Assembly: GCA_965261085.1 (NCBI GenBank)
Contig: OZ253442.1
Coordinates: forward strand, 576,001 to 640,000
Source: a bacterium
GTDB lineage: Bacteria > UBA8248
Reading direction: 5' to 3'
Length of the DNA stretch: 64,000 bases
Positions within the stretch are counted from its first letter, which is position 1. Every line of letters begins with the position of its first letter. Both the position numbers and the translations under genes were made by a program. This document shows, piece by piece, positions 1 through 8,414 of the stretch. The notes below the pieces were generated by a model that was not told the origin of the DNA, did not search any database, and saw only the letters and a program-made list of their open reading frames with translations.

Positions 1-54
1 AACTACGTGGGTGACGGGCTGCGCGATGCGATCGACCCCCGGGCGCGGGGATGA
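1..54 (+). CDS. 3' end of DppC/OppC-type ABC transporter permease (partial)
   Basis: Frame 1 reads NYVGDGLRDAIDPRARG*, matching the GDGLRDxxDP C-terminal signature of DppC/OppC permeases. Confidence 0.8.
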   Translation, partial: NYVGDGLRDAIDPRARG

Positions 55-211
55 ACGCCGGCGTCAATGCCCCCGAGCGAGCCGAAATGCGCTTTCATCC
101 TTGCGCCGGAGTGTGACCTCTGGCACGATTCGATTTCGGCGGAACACACAAAAACATGACAACGCGCCACACGGGAGACTCTCCCCGGCGCCTCAACACA
201 GGAACACCGAC

Positions 212-664
212 ATGGCCGAAACCCAAAACGTCACCTTCATCTGCCCTGCGTGCGGAAAAACCGAACTGCCCTTAGACGGATCGGATGAGCCGAATGAAAT
301 CCTCTACATCCAGCTCGCGGAAACCGACACTTGCGATGAGGCGCAGACCGCGCACTTCGTATACGGCGACTCGTATACCAGGGGCTTCGGCGGCGTAGTG
401 CGCGACGTAGACGCGGAAGGCGAGGAGCGCGTGCGGTGGGTTCCCCCCAGGGCGGTGGTGGCGTATCACTTCGCGAGAAACGAAGTACGGATCGGCCACG
501 CGGAGCCCATGAACGACTTCTATCCCCAGCCGCTCTACCGCAATCTCTCGAAGGGAGACGGGGTGGAGAACATATACGTCGCCATGGCGTTTTTGCCGCA
601 TAACGAGTCCATGACGCCCGAGATGCGCGCGCAGGGGGAGGCCCTCGCCAAGTCCCTGGGCTAG
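212..664 (+). CDS. hypothetical protein with N-terminal CPAC motif
   Basis: ATG at 212 after AGGA; coding-like composition; no family recognised. Confidence 0.65.
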   Translation: MAETQNVTFICPACGKTELPLDGSDEPNEILYIQLAETDTCDEAQTAHFVYGDSYTRGFGGVVRDVDAEGEERVRWVPPRAVVAYHFARNEVRIGHAEPMNDFYPQPLYRNLSKGDGVENIYVAMAFLPHNESMTPEMRAQGEALAKSLG

Positions 665-671
665 GAGGCGC

Positions 672-923
672 CTAATCCCCTCCCAGCAGGCGGTTGTATA
701 TCCACGCCATGAGCGTGAAGAAGAAAAAGCCTATCGCGAACCCCCAGGCCGCTCCGATGATCGCGCCCGGGTAGGTGGGGGAAACGCCCGGATAGAAATC
801 GCCTATCATCTTCAGCATCTCCCCGCCCACGCCGAACAGCGCGCCTAAAAGGGCGTAGAGGAAAAACATGGCCCCGTAGATAATTCCGGCGGCCAGGCCG
901 AATTTCACAGCGTCGAGTTTCAC
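672..923 (-). CDS. small hydrophobic membrane protein
   Basis: Two hydrophobic helices flanking YPG motif, C-terminal AWIYNRL; probable GTG start at 923 after AGGGAG. Confidence 0.7.
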   Translation of the reverse strand: MKLDAVKFGLAAGIIYGAMFFLYALLGALFGVGGEMLKMIGDFYPGVSPTYPGAIIGAAWGFAIGFFFFTLMAWIYNRLLGGD

Positions 924-1085
924 GTCGAATCTCCCTGGTGGCATGGAAAAACGCTTCTACATACGCTATTCAATATAAGCCTCAGGAAACATTCCGGCAA
1001 AACCACCCGCGAGCCCCCGGAGGGGGCCGCGCGCATTCATCCCGGATGGGCCGTTACGCCCGTCCCAAAACAGGAGGTCGATCTG

Positions 1086-1463
1086 ATGAGCGAAGAAACA
1101 CGTCTCGAGAGAGGACTGAGAACCCGCGCGAGAATCTTCGGCGAAGAAGGCGAGGAGAGGCGCCAGGCTTTCGCGGAGGCGAGTCCCGCGTTCGCGCAGT
1201 TCGTCACCGAAGCCGTGTACGGCGATCTCTACGCGCGAGACGGCATCGACGACAAGATGCGCGAAACCGTGATCCTCTCCGTCCTTTGCGCCATGGGCCG
1301 GGACAGGGAGTTCGGGTACCACGCCAAGGCGGCGCTTCGCATCGGCATGACGAAACAAGACATTCAGGAGATCATCATGGTGTGCGCGATCTACGCGGGC
1401 GCTCCCAATGCCGTGGGCGCGACGGATGAGTCGCTGCGCGTGTTCAAGGAAATGGGAATCTAG
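1086..1463 (+). CDS. carboxymuconolactone decarboxylase (CMD/AhpD-like) family protein
   Basis: YGDLYARDG..RE, H..AALRIG, IYAGAP motifs; AGGAGG RBS. Confidence 0.85.
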   Translation: MSEETRLERGLRTRARIFGEEGEERRQAFAEASPAFAQFVTEAVYGDLYARDGIDDKMRETVILSVLCAMGRDREFGYHAKAALRIGMTKQDIQEIIMVCAIYAGAPNAVGATDESLRVFKEMGI

Positions 1464-1466
1464 GCG

Positions 1467-2501
1467 TTATTCATCGGGTCCCAGGACGGTTCTGATTTTT
1501 TTTGCGAGTTCAGTGGTGATGAGACGCGCCGCCTCATCGAGCGGGGGCCTCATGCGCGCGCCTGAAGCGAAGGCATGGCCGCCGCCGCCGAACATGCGGG
1601 CGACGTCGTGAATCTCCACCCGGCCCTTCGAGCGCAGGCTCACGCGGATACGCCCGTTTTCGAGTTCTGAGAAATAGGCGATGACCTCGACGGACTCTAT
1701 CGAGCGGGGAACCGAAATGTATTCCTCCGTCTCGGAGCGCGAGACCCCGAAGCGCTCGAGTTCCATCGTCCTCAGGGTGAACCAGGCGAGGCGTCCACCG
1801 CAGTCGAGCGTCATGCGGCTCATCAACTCGCCGAGCAGCTTTATCGAGCCCGCGCCGTTCGATTCCCAGAAGATCGAGTATGCCTCCCCGGGGCTCGCGC
1901 CGAGTTCGACCAGGCGCGCCGCCCAGTTCAGGGTGCGCTTGGACGTGTTCGTGAAGCGGAACTGGCCTGTGTCGTAAACGAGGCACGCCATCAGCGCGCG
2001 GGTGATGAGCGGGTCGTCGAACGGGTAGCCTTCTTCGTCCAGATAATCCGCTATCATCTCGCCCACCGCTGCGGCCTCGGGGTCGATGACGGAGGGGCAA
2101 TCGATGTTGTCTTCTTCTCTGATGTGGTGATCGACGACGGCCAGGGGAAGGCCGCTGGCCATAAGCGGCTCCTCGAGCCTGCCCAGGCGGCTCGCCTTTC
2201 CCGTGTCGAGGATGAGGCACGCATCGAAGCGCTCAGCCCAGTCCTCTTGCGCGAGGAGATCCCCTCTCGAGCGCACCAGACCCTCCGGATCGAAGGACGC
2301 GACGAAGACGGGCGCCTTGTCCTCGGTGACGACGGTGGCGTGCTTGCCGATCTCGCGGAGGTAGCGGCTGAGCGCAAGGCACGCGAGAAGGCCGTCGCCG
2401 TCGGGCCCGATGTGGGTGAGAAGCAAGAAGCGATTGTGTTGCGCGAGGAAATCTCTTAAGGGCTGTAAGCGGCTTGGGCTTGGCGTTTGCTCCGTACTCA
2501 T
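1467..2501 (-). CDS. nrnA: DHH/DHHA1 family phosphoesterase (NrnA-like oligoribonuclease/pAp phosphatase)
   Basis: H..PDGD, DHH, DTG.F, SLRS, GGGGH..ASG motifs. Confidence 0.88.
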   Translation of the reverse strand: MSTEQTPSPSRLQPLRDFLAQHNRFLLLTHIGPDGDGLLACLALSRYLREIGKHATVVTEDKAPVFVASFDPEGLVRSRGDLLAQEDWAERFDACLILDTGKASRLGRLEEPLMASGLPLAVVDHHIREEDNIDCPSVIDPEAAAVGEMIADYLDEEGYPFDDPLITRALMACLVYDTGQFRFTNTSKRTLNWAARLVELGASPGEAYSIFWESNGAGSIKLLGELMSRMTLDCGGRLAWFTLRTMELERFGVSRSETEEYISVPRSIESVEVIAYFSELENGRIRVSLRSKGRVEIHDVARMFGGGGHAFASGARMRPPLDEAARLITTELAKKIRTVLGPDE

Positions 2502-2514
2502 GCTCTCTTTGTAC

Positions 2515-3687
2515 TCATGAGGATGATTCCAGGCTCACGCGATGAATCTGTCGTAAAACGTAGCTTCTGATCTCCTTCGCCGAAGGAGCGGAGTCCGCGC
2601 GTTCGCCGCCTTTCATCACGCCGGCGAGCAACTGTTCCACCACGCCGCCGCACGACGCGCAATCCCCATAAGGCTTGTCTATCGGAATGACGCGCTCCGC
2701 CCCGCAATCGCGGCAGCGCAGCAGGTGTTTCGCTCCCGGGTGCTTGCCGCGCTTGGCGACCGCCTCGCCGTCCACCTCGACGATGTCCATCGAAAAATCG
2801 ATCGTGGCGGCGGCGCTGACCGACGTGCCCACGCCGTAGCCGCCGTCCACCACGGGGTTTAAATCCAGGATTTTCTGCTCATCCAGACCCCCGCTCACGA
2901 AGAGCTTCACGTGCGGGAAGCCCGCGCGGTCGAGCTCCCAGCGGATTTCCTCCAGGATCTGGTAGAGATTTCCCCGCCTTGAGGCCGGTGTATCCACCCG
3001 CACGGCCGAGAGCCTATCGGTCAGCGCGCGCGCCGCCTCCAGGGTTTCAAACCTCTCATCCCCGAACGTGTCCACCAGCGCGACGCGGCCCACCTCCGGC
3101 TCGATGACCTCATCGAACGCCTTGGCCGCAGGGACGAGGCCGCCCATGAGGATCACCAGCGCGTGGGGCATCGTGCCCACCGCCGGAATCTCCAGAAGCT
3201 CGGCTCCTTTCACGAGAGCGACGCCGTCGCAGCCGCCGACGTAGGCCGCGCGCTCGACCATCGGCGCGATGGCGGGGTGCATCCTCCGCGCGCCGAAGCT
3301 CACGAGCTGCCTGCCCTCCGCCGCGATGCGGCATCTGGCCGCCTTGGTGGCGATTCCGCTCGCCTGGCACATCAGCCCCAGGATGGGGGTCTCCAGCCTG
3401 CAAAAATCGTTGTAGGTTCCCGTAATTTCCAGAACGGGTTGGAAAGGAGTGAAAACCGTCCCCTCGGGCACGGCGCGAACGCTTACGGGGAATCCTTCCA
3501 GGAGGCGCAGAATTTCCTCCAGGCCCGTGAACACGCCCCAGCCGCTCGGGAGGGATTTGGCTGCGAATTCCGCGCGCACGTTTTTTCTGATGCCTTTGGC
3601 TTCGAGAATCTGGAGGGTCCGCTCGAAATAGACGTCCGTCACCTTGCCGGAGCGGATGTCGTCGAAATCGGCCGTGAAAAGACTCAA
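2515..3687 (-). CDS. pncB: nicotinate phosphoribosyltransferase with C-terminal CxxC..CxxC ribbon
   Basis: TDVYF, SFGARR, GTMPH, LVDTF, VRVDTP, SGGLDE, GVGT motifs. Confidence 0.88.
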   Translation of the reverse strand: MSLFTADFDDIRSGKVTDVYFERTLQILEAKGIRKNVRAEFAAKSLPSGWGVFTGLEEILRLLEGFPVSVRAVPEGTVFTPFQPVLEITGTYNDFCRLETPILGLMCQASGIATKAARCRIAAEGRQLVSFGARRMHPAIAPMVERAAYVGGCDGVALVKGAELLEIPAVGTMPHALVILMGGLVPAAKAFDEVIEPEVGRVALVDTFGDERFETLEAARALTDRLSAVRVDTPASRRGNLYQILEEIRWELDRAGFPHVKLFVSGGLDEQKILDLNPVVDGGYGVGTSVSAAATIDFSMDIVEVDGEAVAKRGKHPGAKHLLRCRDCGAERVIPIDKPYGDCASCGGVVEQLLAGVMKGGERADSAPSAKEIRSYVLRQIHRVSLESSS

Positions 3688-3712
3688 AAGAGGATTCCGC
3701 CAGGGAGACCCG

Positions 3713-4261
3713 CTATTCGGCGGGCGCCGTCTCGGCGGGGGTTTCGGGCCGTGTGTCCGCTTCCTGGTTCCTGAGGCCGAACAGCTTGCCCCAGGGCCTG
3801 GGGCCGGTGTAGTTCACCTCTTTTTCCCAGACGTCGTAGAGGCGCTCTTTCTCATAGACGAGATCTTCGCGGAAATATCCGGTCGTCTCGTACTGGTGGG
3901 TGTGGACGATGGATTTGGGCGTCGTTGGGCACGCCTCCACGCAAAGCCCGCAATACATGCACCGCATGTAGTCGATGTAGAACTCCTTGGCGTACATCTC
4001 GCGGCCCTTGCCCTCCGTGACGATGGTGATGCAGTCCACCGGACAGGCCTTCTCGCAGTTCAGACAGCCGATGCAAAGCTCCTCGCCCGTCTTGAAATCG
4101 CGCGTCAAGCCCAGAAAGCCCCTATAACGCTCGGGCGGCTCCCAGCGTTCCGTCGGGTATTGAAGCGTGACGGGTTTTTTGAACATGTGCCGCAGCGTGG
4201 CGGACATGCCCTTCACGATATCCCAGAGAAACAACTTCTGAAGCCCCCTGCTGAACTCCAT
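3713..4261 (-). CDS. nuoI: NADH-quinone oxidoreductase subunit I-like 2x[4Fe-4S] protein
   Basis: TLQYP.E, RYRG, CIGCLNCEKACP and CMYCGLCVEACP. Confidence 0.85.
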   Translation of the reverse strand: MEFSRGLQKLFLWDIVKGMSATLRHMFKKPVTLQYPTERWEPPERYRGFLGLTRDFKTGEELCIGCLNCEKACPVDCITIVTEGKGREMYAKEFYIDYMRCMYCGLCVEACPTTPKSIVHTHQYETTGYFREDLVYEKERLYDVWEKEVNYTGPRPWGKLFGLRNQEADTRPETPAETAPAE

Positions 4262-4283
4262 TTCCCTCTCCTCGCCTTAAACT

Positions 4284-5240
4284 CTAGGAAGCCGCCGCAG
4301 CGGCCTTCTTGGCTTCTACCTGGGCTTCGAGATATTTCTCGGCCGCCACCGCCGCCGTCGTCGCATCGCCCGATGCGTTGGTGATCTGGCGAATCAACTG
4401 GCTCCTGCAATCACCGGCCACGAACAGGCCCGGAACGTTCGTCTCCATGTTCTGGTCCGTGAGGATGAAACCGACATCGTCTTTTTCTACGTGATCTTTT
4501 ATCAAATCCGTGTTCGGAATAAAACCGATGAAGACGAACAGGCCCGTGGCGTCGAGTTCTTTCGTCTCGCCTGTCTTCACGTTCTTGATGCGCAGCTTCT
4601 TCATCTCCCGGTCGTCACCCACGACTTCTTCGGCCACGTAATCGGTGATGATCTCCATTTTCGGATTATCGCGAATCTTGTCCACCAGGACCGCTTGGGC
4701 GCGGAACTGATCGCGGCGGTGGATGATGTAGACCTTCGTACCGTACTTCGTGAGGAACTGGCCTTCTTCCACGGCGCTGTTCCCGCCGCCCACGACGGTG
4801 ATGACCTCATCCTGAAAAAACGCGCCGTCGCACAGCGCGCAGTAGCTCACGCCTTTCCCTGCGTATTTCTCCTCGCCCGGAATGCCGAGCTTTCTCGGAT
4901 AGCCGCCGGGCGTATAGATCACCGCGCCACAGCGGCGCTCGCCCATGTCGGTGACGACGATGAAATCATCCCCGTCTTTTCTCACTTCCGAGACGTCTTC
5001 CATCTCGATCTTGAGGCCGAATTTCATGGCGTGATCGGTGAACTTGGCCGCCAACTCCTGGCCGCCGACCAGTTCGAAGCCCGGGTAGTCTTCCACGTGC
5101 TCGGTGTTCAGAATCTCACCGCCGGGCGCGAGTCTTTCATAGCAAACCACGTTCAGCTTCGAACGCGCCGTATAAAGGCCCGCCGTCAGCCCGGCCGGTC
5201 CCGCCCCGATGATGATGATTTCGAAATCCCGCTCAGCCAC
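4284..5240 (-). CDS. trxB: thioredoxin reductase
   Basis: GAGPAG, GVSYCALCDG, GGGNSA, HRRDQFRA, GLFVAGD. Confidence 0.93.
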   Translation of the reverse strand: MAERDFEIIIIGAGPAGLTAGLYTARSKLNVVCYERLAPGGEILNTEHVEDYPGFELVGGQELAAKFTDHAMKFGLKIEMEDVSEVRKDGDDFIVVTDMGERRCGAVIYTPGGYPRKLGIPGEEKYAGKGVSYCALCDGAFFQDEVITVVGGGNSAVEEGQFLTKYGTKVYIIHRRDQFRAQAVLVDKIRDNPKMEIITDYVAEEVVGDDREMKKLRIKNVKTGETKELDATGLFVFIGFIPNTDLIKDHVEKDDVGFILTDQNMETNVPGLFVAGDCRSQLIRQITNASGDATTAAVAAEKYLEAQVEAKKAAAAAS

Positions 5241-5294
5241 AACGAATCTCCAGAACTAAAGAAAAGGAATTATATACAAAGTTGCTCCAAATGA

Positions 5295-5801
5295 CTATCC
5301 GATCACGCCGGCGTACGCCTCATTTATGGTCATTCTGTTTTGAAGAAGCGGTAGAAGCAAATTCCTGAGTCTCCGCGCATATTTTTCTCCTCTCTCAGGC
5401 TCGGCTATATATATGCTGGCATGCCCGGGATTCTCATTCAGTGCGGTATCGATAACGACAAATGCCTTTTTGCCATCATCCGTACAAAGTAGACGCACCG
5501 ATAAGGTTTGTAATTTCGCCACACCCTCGTCCTTCCAAGGTTCGTCTTTTCTAGGGCGAGACAACCTATTTTCCACTGACTCCTTTACGGTATCCGCTGA
5601 AACGTACTTCATCCGATGAACGGAAAATCCTTTATTCCAAAGGTCCTTGGCTGGTATACCCGTCTCAAACACTTCCCCATCCTGGACATGCTGAGGGTTG
5701 AACATTTCTCGAAGAAGAAATTCCTCGTCCTCGACAATCCCGGGAGAAATGCCCGGCGTGGCGCTCTTTTCCTCGTCAAGATGGGGAGAAGGAGCTTGCA
5801 A
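5295..5801 (-). CDS. hypothetical protein, possible ADP-ribosyltransferase-like fold
   Basis: Lower-GC ORF; E.LLR, GFSV.R and NP.HA.I motifs; fold is inference. Confidence 0.6.
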   Translation of the reverse strand: MQAPSPHLDEEKSATPGISPGIVEDEEFLLREMFNPQHVQDGEVFETGIPAKDLWNKGFSVHRMKYVSADTVKESVENRLSRPRKDEPWKDEGVAKLQTLSVRLLCTDDGKKAFVVIDTALNENPGHASIYIAEPERGEKYARRLRNLLLPLLQNRMTINEAYAGVIG

Positions 5802-5808
5802 GACTGTT

Positions 5809-6204
5809 TCAGGCCGTGAACAGTTCTACGATTTCGGAGGGCAACCCCTCGGATGCCAGAATATCTTCACCGTCGATTGGGCGTCCATCTTTGCCGTGCG
5901 CAAAGTAAGTATAATTACGCGTTCCATAGAACCCGAGATCAACGTGAACGCCATCTTTTTTCCACAAAAAATTGACTTCCCCGTCATCAGCCAGCCCTAT
6001 ATAGGGCACGGGAATCGAGTCCAGCGGCAACTTGCGAATGAAATTTTTAGCATCTCTAAACGCCTGAGCAGTAGGCCACGTTGCATCAGGCCAACGCTCC
6101 TCCTTGGGAGTTTTTTTGAGCCTCTCCAATTGCGCGAGCAAGCCCCGATTCAATTTACCGATCCGATCCGGGCGGACAGCGGTATGTGGTTGAGAAGCCA
6201 TCAC
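5809..6204 (-). CDS. hypothetical protein
   Basis: Lower-GC ORF, GGGAG RBS, 7 bp upstream of the next ORF; P.I....DG.V...W pattern. Confidence 0.65.
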   Translation of the reverse strand: MMASQPHTAVRPDRIGKLNRGLLAQLERLKKTPKEERWPDATWPTAQAFRDAKNFIRKLPLDSIPVPYIGLADDGEVNFLWKKDGVHVDLGFYGTRNYTYFAHGKDGRPIDGEDILASEGLPSEIVELFTA

Positions 6205-6338
6205 GTACTCCCATGCGCTTCATCGCCATAGATGCGCTCTCCAAGAGAGCAATTGCACTCTATCAACAATCCACCGCGAAGAAAACAGTCCCCGGCATTG
6301 CTTATCGTCCACTCGTTTCCCCGAACTCAACCCGCCCC

Positions 6339-6638
6339 CTACTCGGTGGGTTCCAGGACAAACGCGCCGAATTCTTTCTCCAAGCGCAGTTTTTTTCCGT
6401 CGTGCTCGAAGACAGAGCCTGGCGGGGTATCCTCATCCACCGGAACGTACTCCCCGCAAAGGGGACACGAAACCATCTGCACGATGGTGAGAACCTCCGC
6501 CCCTTCCGCCCGGCCCAGGCGGAACCTGACCCCCGCTCAGTTGCCGCAATCGATCAGGTCGCGCATTTTCGCATCCCACGGGATGGGTATGCGCTGCCCA
6601 CAGCCGGGACAGGCGAGAGTTCTGCGGTTTTCGCTCAC
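6339..6638 (-). CDS. putative selenoprotein: tandem LysW-like zinc-ribbon protein (CPGC..CGNU..CPLC..H), 99 aa with Sec34
   Basis: GTG 6638 overlaps upstream stop (GTGA); in-frame TGA at 6537-6539 completes a CxxU; frame continues 65 codons to TAG at 6339-6341; hairpin at 6504-6524. Confidence 0.72.
6504..6524 (-). promoter_or_regulatory. putative bacterial SECIS element (zinc-ribbon gene)
   Basis: mRNA UUCCGCCU-GGGCC-GGGCGGAA, 8-bp stem, G-starting loop 21 nt after UGA. Confidence 0.6.
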
Positions 6639-6877
6639 GCGGCGAGCCCCAGCAGCGCCTCAAGCTTCGCCCTATCGAAGCCCACCACCTTCTCCTCGCC
6701 GATGAAAATCACGGGCGTCGCCCGCATGCTCGCCCTCTGGAACAACTCCTCCAGGGCTTCTTCGTCCTGATCCACGAGTTTTTCCGTATACGCCACGCCA
6801 TGATGGGAAAGAAACTCTTTCACCGCCTTACACGGCGCTCAGAACGTGGAGGAATAAACCGTCACCTCTTTCGACAT
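6635..6877 (-). CDS. selenocysteine-containing glutaredoxin/NrdH-like protein (U-A-P-C)
   Basis: MSKEVTVYSSTF-TGA(6839-6841)-APCKAVKEFLS...ATPV..IG...VVGFD; AAGGGAG RBS before ATG 6877; ORF track only shows the part after the UGA. Confidence 0.9.
6807..6821 (-). promoter_or_regulatory. putative bacterial SECIS element (glutaredoxin gene)
   Basis: mRNA GAAAG-AGUUU-CUUUC starting 18 nt after the UGA. Confidence 0.7.
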
Positions 6878-6956
6878 CGGATATCTCCCTTGAAACCGGC
6901 ATGAGCCGCCCCGGCGGCAGGGGCGTCGCTCATTTTATCTCAAATGCAACTCTACG

Positions 6957-8327
6957 CTATCCGGGCGTGTTCACTCGCTCGAGCAGGGCGGCCAACTCTT
7001 TGACCCGGATAGAATCGAGCCTCGATACGGCGTCCACGATCTCCGCCCGCAAGGAGGCGTCCGTGTGCGCTTCGCTCAGGGCCTCGAACTTCTCGTTCAC
7101 CGTCGTCCAGCTCATCGGGGTGGAGAAATGCCCCTCCCAGGTGGGCTTGTCCAGCTTGTGGACGGTGCCGTCTTTTAACGTGATGGTGATCAGCACGGGC
7201 GACTGCGCGGGGTACCTGGCCGTCATCTCATCGGAATTGGTGGTGCGCACTTTCTTTAAGAGCGTCTGCACGTCGTCCGCGCGGATTCTCTCTTCCTCGT
7301 ACTGGGCGGGCAGGACCTGCTCGTCGATGATGGCCGCCGAGAGCACGTAGGGCAGGCTGTGGTCCGCCGTCTCCTTGTTCAGCACGTGCTCGCGCGCGCC
7401 CGCCTTGCCCTCGCCCATGATGAAATAGGCGCGCTCATAGATTCCGATCTCGATGTCTTCGATGTCCTCAGGACTGAAGCCGTGTTCTCGCTTCATGTCG
7501 ATGACGCCCTCGATGGCCGTCTGGGAGTGAAGCCCCGCGTTGTAGCGCTTCACGCTGATCTCGAGCATCTTGCGAAGCCCTGTGTCCGACCAGTCGACCT
7601 CGAATTCTCCCGTCACGGACTCGAAAACGCCCAGGGGGCCCTCGATCAACCGGAGCGGCCCCGTCACACCGCGCATGGCCAGAAACGTCGAGTGCACCCC
7701 GCTGTGCCCGCCGGCCGCATAGGCGAAGCCCTTCCAGTGGGAGAGTTCGCCCGTGCGCGTGATGAGCAGTGGGTTCTGGCGCACGCCGCTGAGAGCGATG
7801 GCGTTGGCCGTCCTCTCGGCGTCCAGCCCTAGAGCGCGCGAGGCGCCCGCCGCCACGGCGTAGGCCCCCGCCATGGGCTGGTCGAACCCTCTTTTCTCAT
7901 AGGGCGCGCTGTCGCACAGGCGGCACTGCACCTCATACGCCAGGGCGAGGGCCGTCATGAACTCCGCTCCGCTCGCGTCCGCGTATTCGGCCGCCGCCAT
8001 CACGCTGCCCGCGTTGTCGCTCGGGTGCGAGGTGGCGAGCTTCCCCATGAAGCCGTCGTTGAAATCGAGATAGCGGATCAGCGAGGTGTTGTAGAACGCG
8101 GCGCTATCGGGCGCGCTCTTGCCGCCCCCGATGAGCGTGCAATGCGCCGCGCCGCCGAAATCATCCGCCTGCTCGCGCAGGTAGCGGACGGGGCCTTCGC
8201 CCAGCGAACCGATGGCGCAGCCGATGGTGTCGACCATGAGCATTTTTAGCTGCCCGCGCATCTCGTCCGAGAGATCATCGAAACTGCTGTTCGCGGCGAA
8301 CGCCGCAATCTGTTCCACAATCGTCAT
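6957..8327 (-). CDS. MmgE/PrpD family protein (2-methylcitrate dehydratase-like)
   Basis: DTIGCAIG, RYLDFND, HPSDN, GELSHWKG, ETADHSLPY. Confidence 0.9.
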   Translation of the reverse strand: MTIVEQIAAFAANSSFDDLSDEMRGQLKMLMVDTIGCAIGSLGEGPVRYLREQADDFGGAAHCTLIGGGKSAPDSAAFYNTSLIRYLDFNDGFMGKLATSHPSDNAGSVMAAAEYADASGAEFMTALALAYEVQCRLCDSAPYEKRGFDQPMAGAYAVAAGASRALGLDAERTANAIALSGVRQNPLLITRTGELSHWKGFAYAAGGHSGVHSTFLAMRGVTGPLRLIEGPLGVFESVTGEFEVDWSDTGLRKMLEISVKRYNAGLHSQTAIEGVIDMKREHGFSPEDIEDIEIGIYERAYFIMGEGKAGAREHVLNKETADHSLPYVLSAAIIDEQVLPAQYEEERIRADDVQTLLKKVRTTNSDEMTARYPAQSPVLITITLKDGTVHKLDKPTWEGHFSTPMSWTTVNEKFEALSEAHTDASLRAEIVDAVSRLDSIRVKELAALLERVNTPG

Positions 8328-8414
8328 TATCTTGCTCCTTCGTCGAACCGGATTGTAAGGGAATTCTCTCGCCTCGCCCGTTGCGCCGTCCCTTCGAAGG
8401 GAAACGAGCGCGGG

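Noticed and set aside
672-923. Holin-like small membrane protein as evidence of a prophage
   Set aside because: No phage genes nearby and host-like composition
5801-5811. Possible UGA read-through fusing the two lower-GC ORFs
   Set aside because: The ORFs are in different frames and there is no Cys-motif context
6901-6933. Hairpin between the prpD-like gene and the glutaredoxin
   Set aside because: No U tract on the coding strand and no family recognised; likely a simple stabilising or terminating stem
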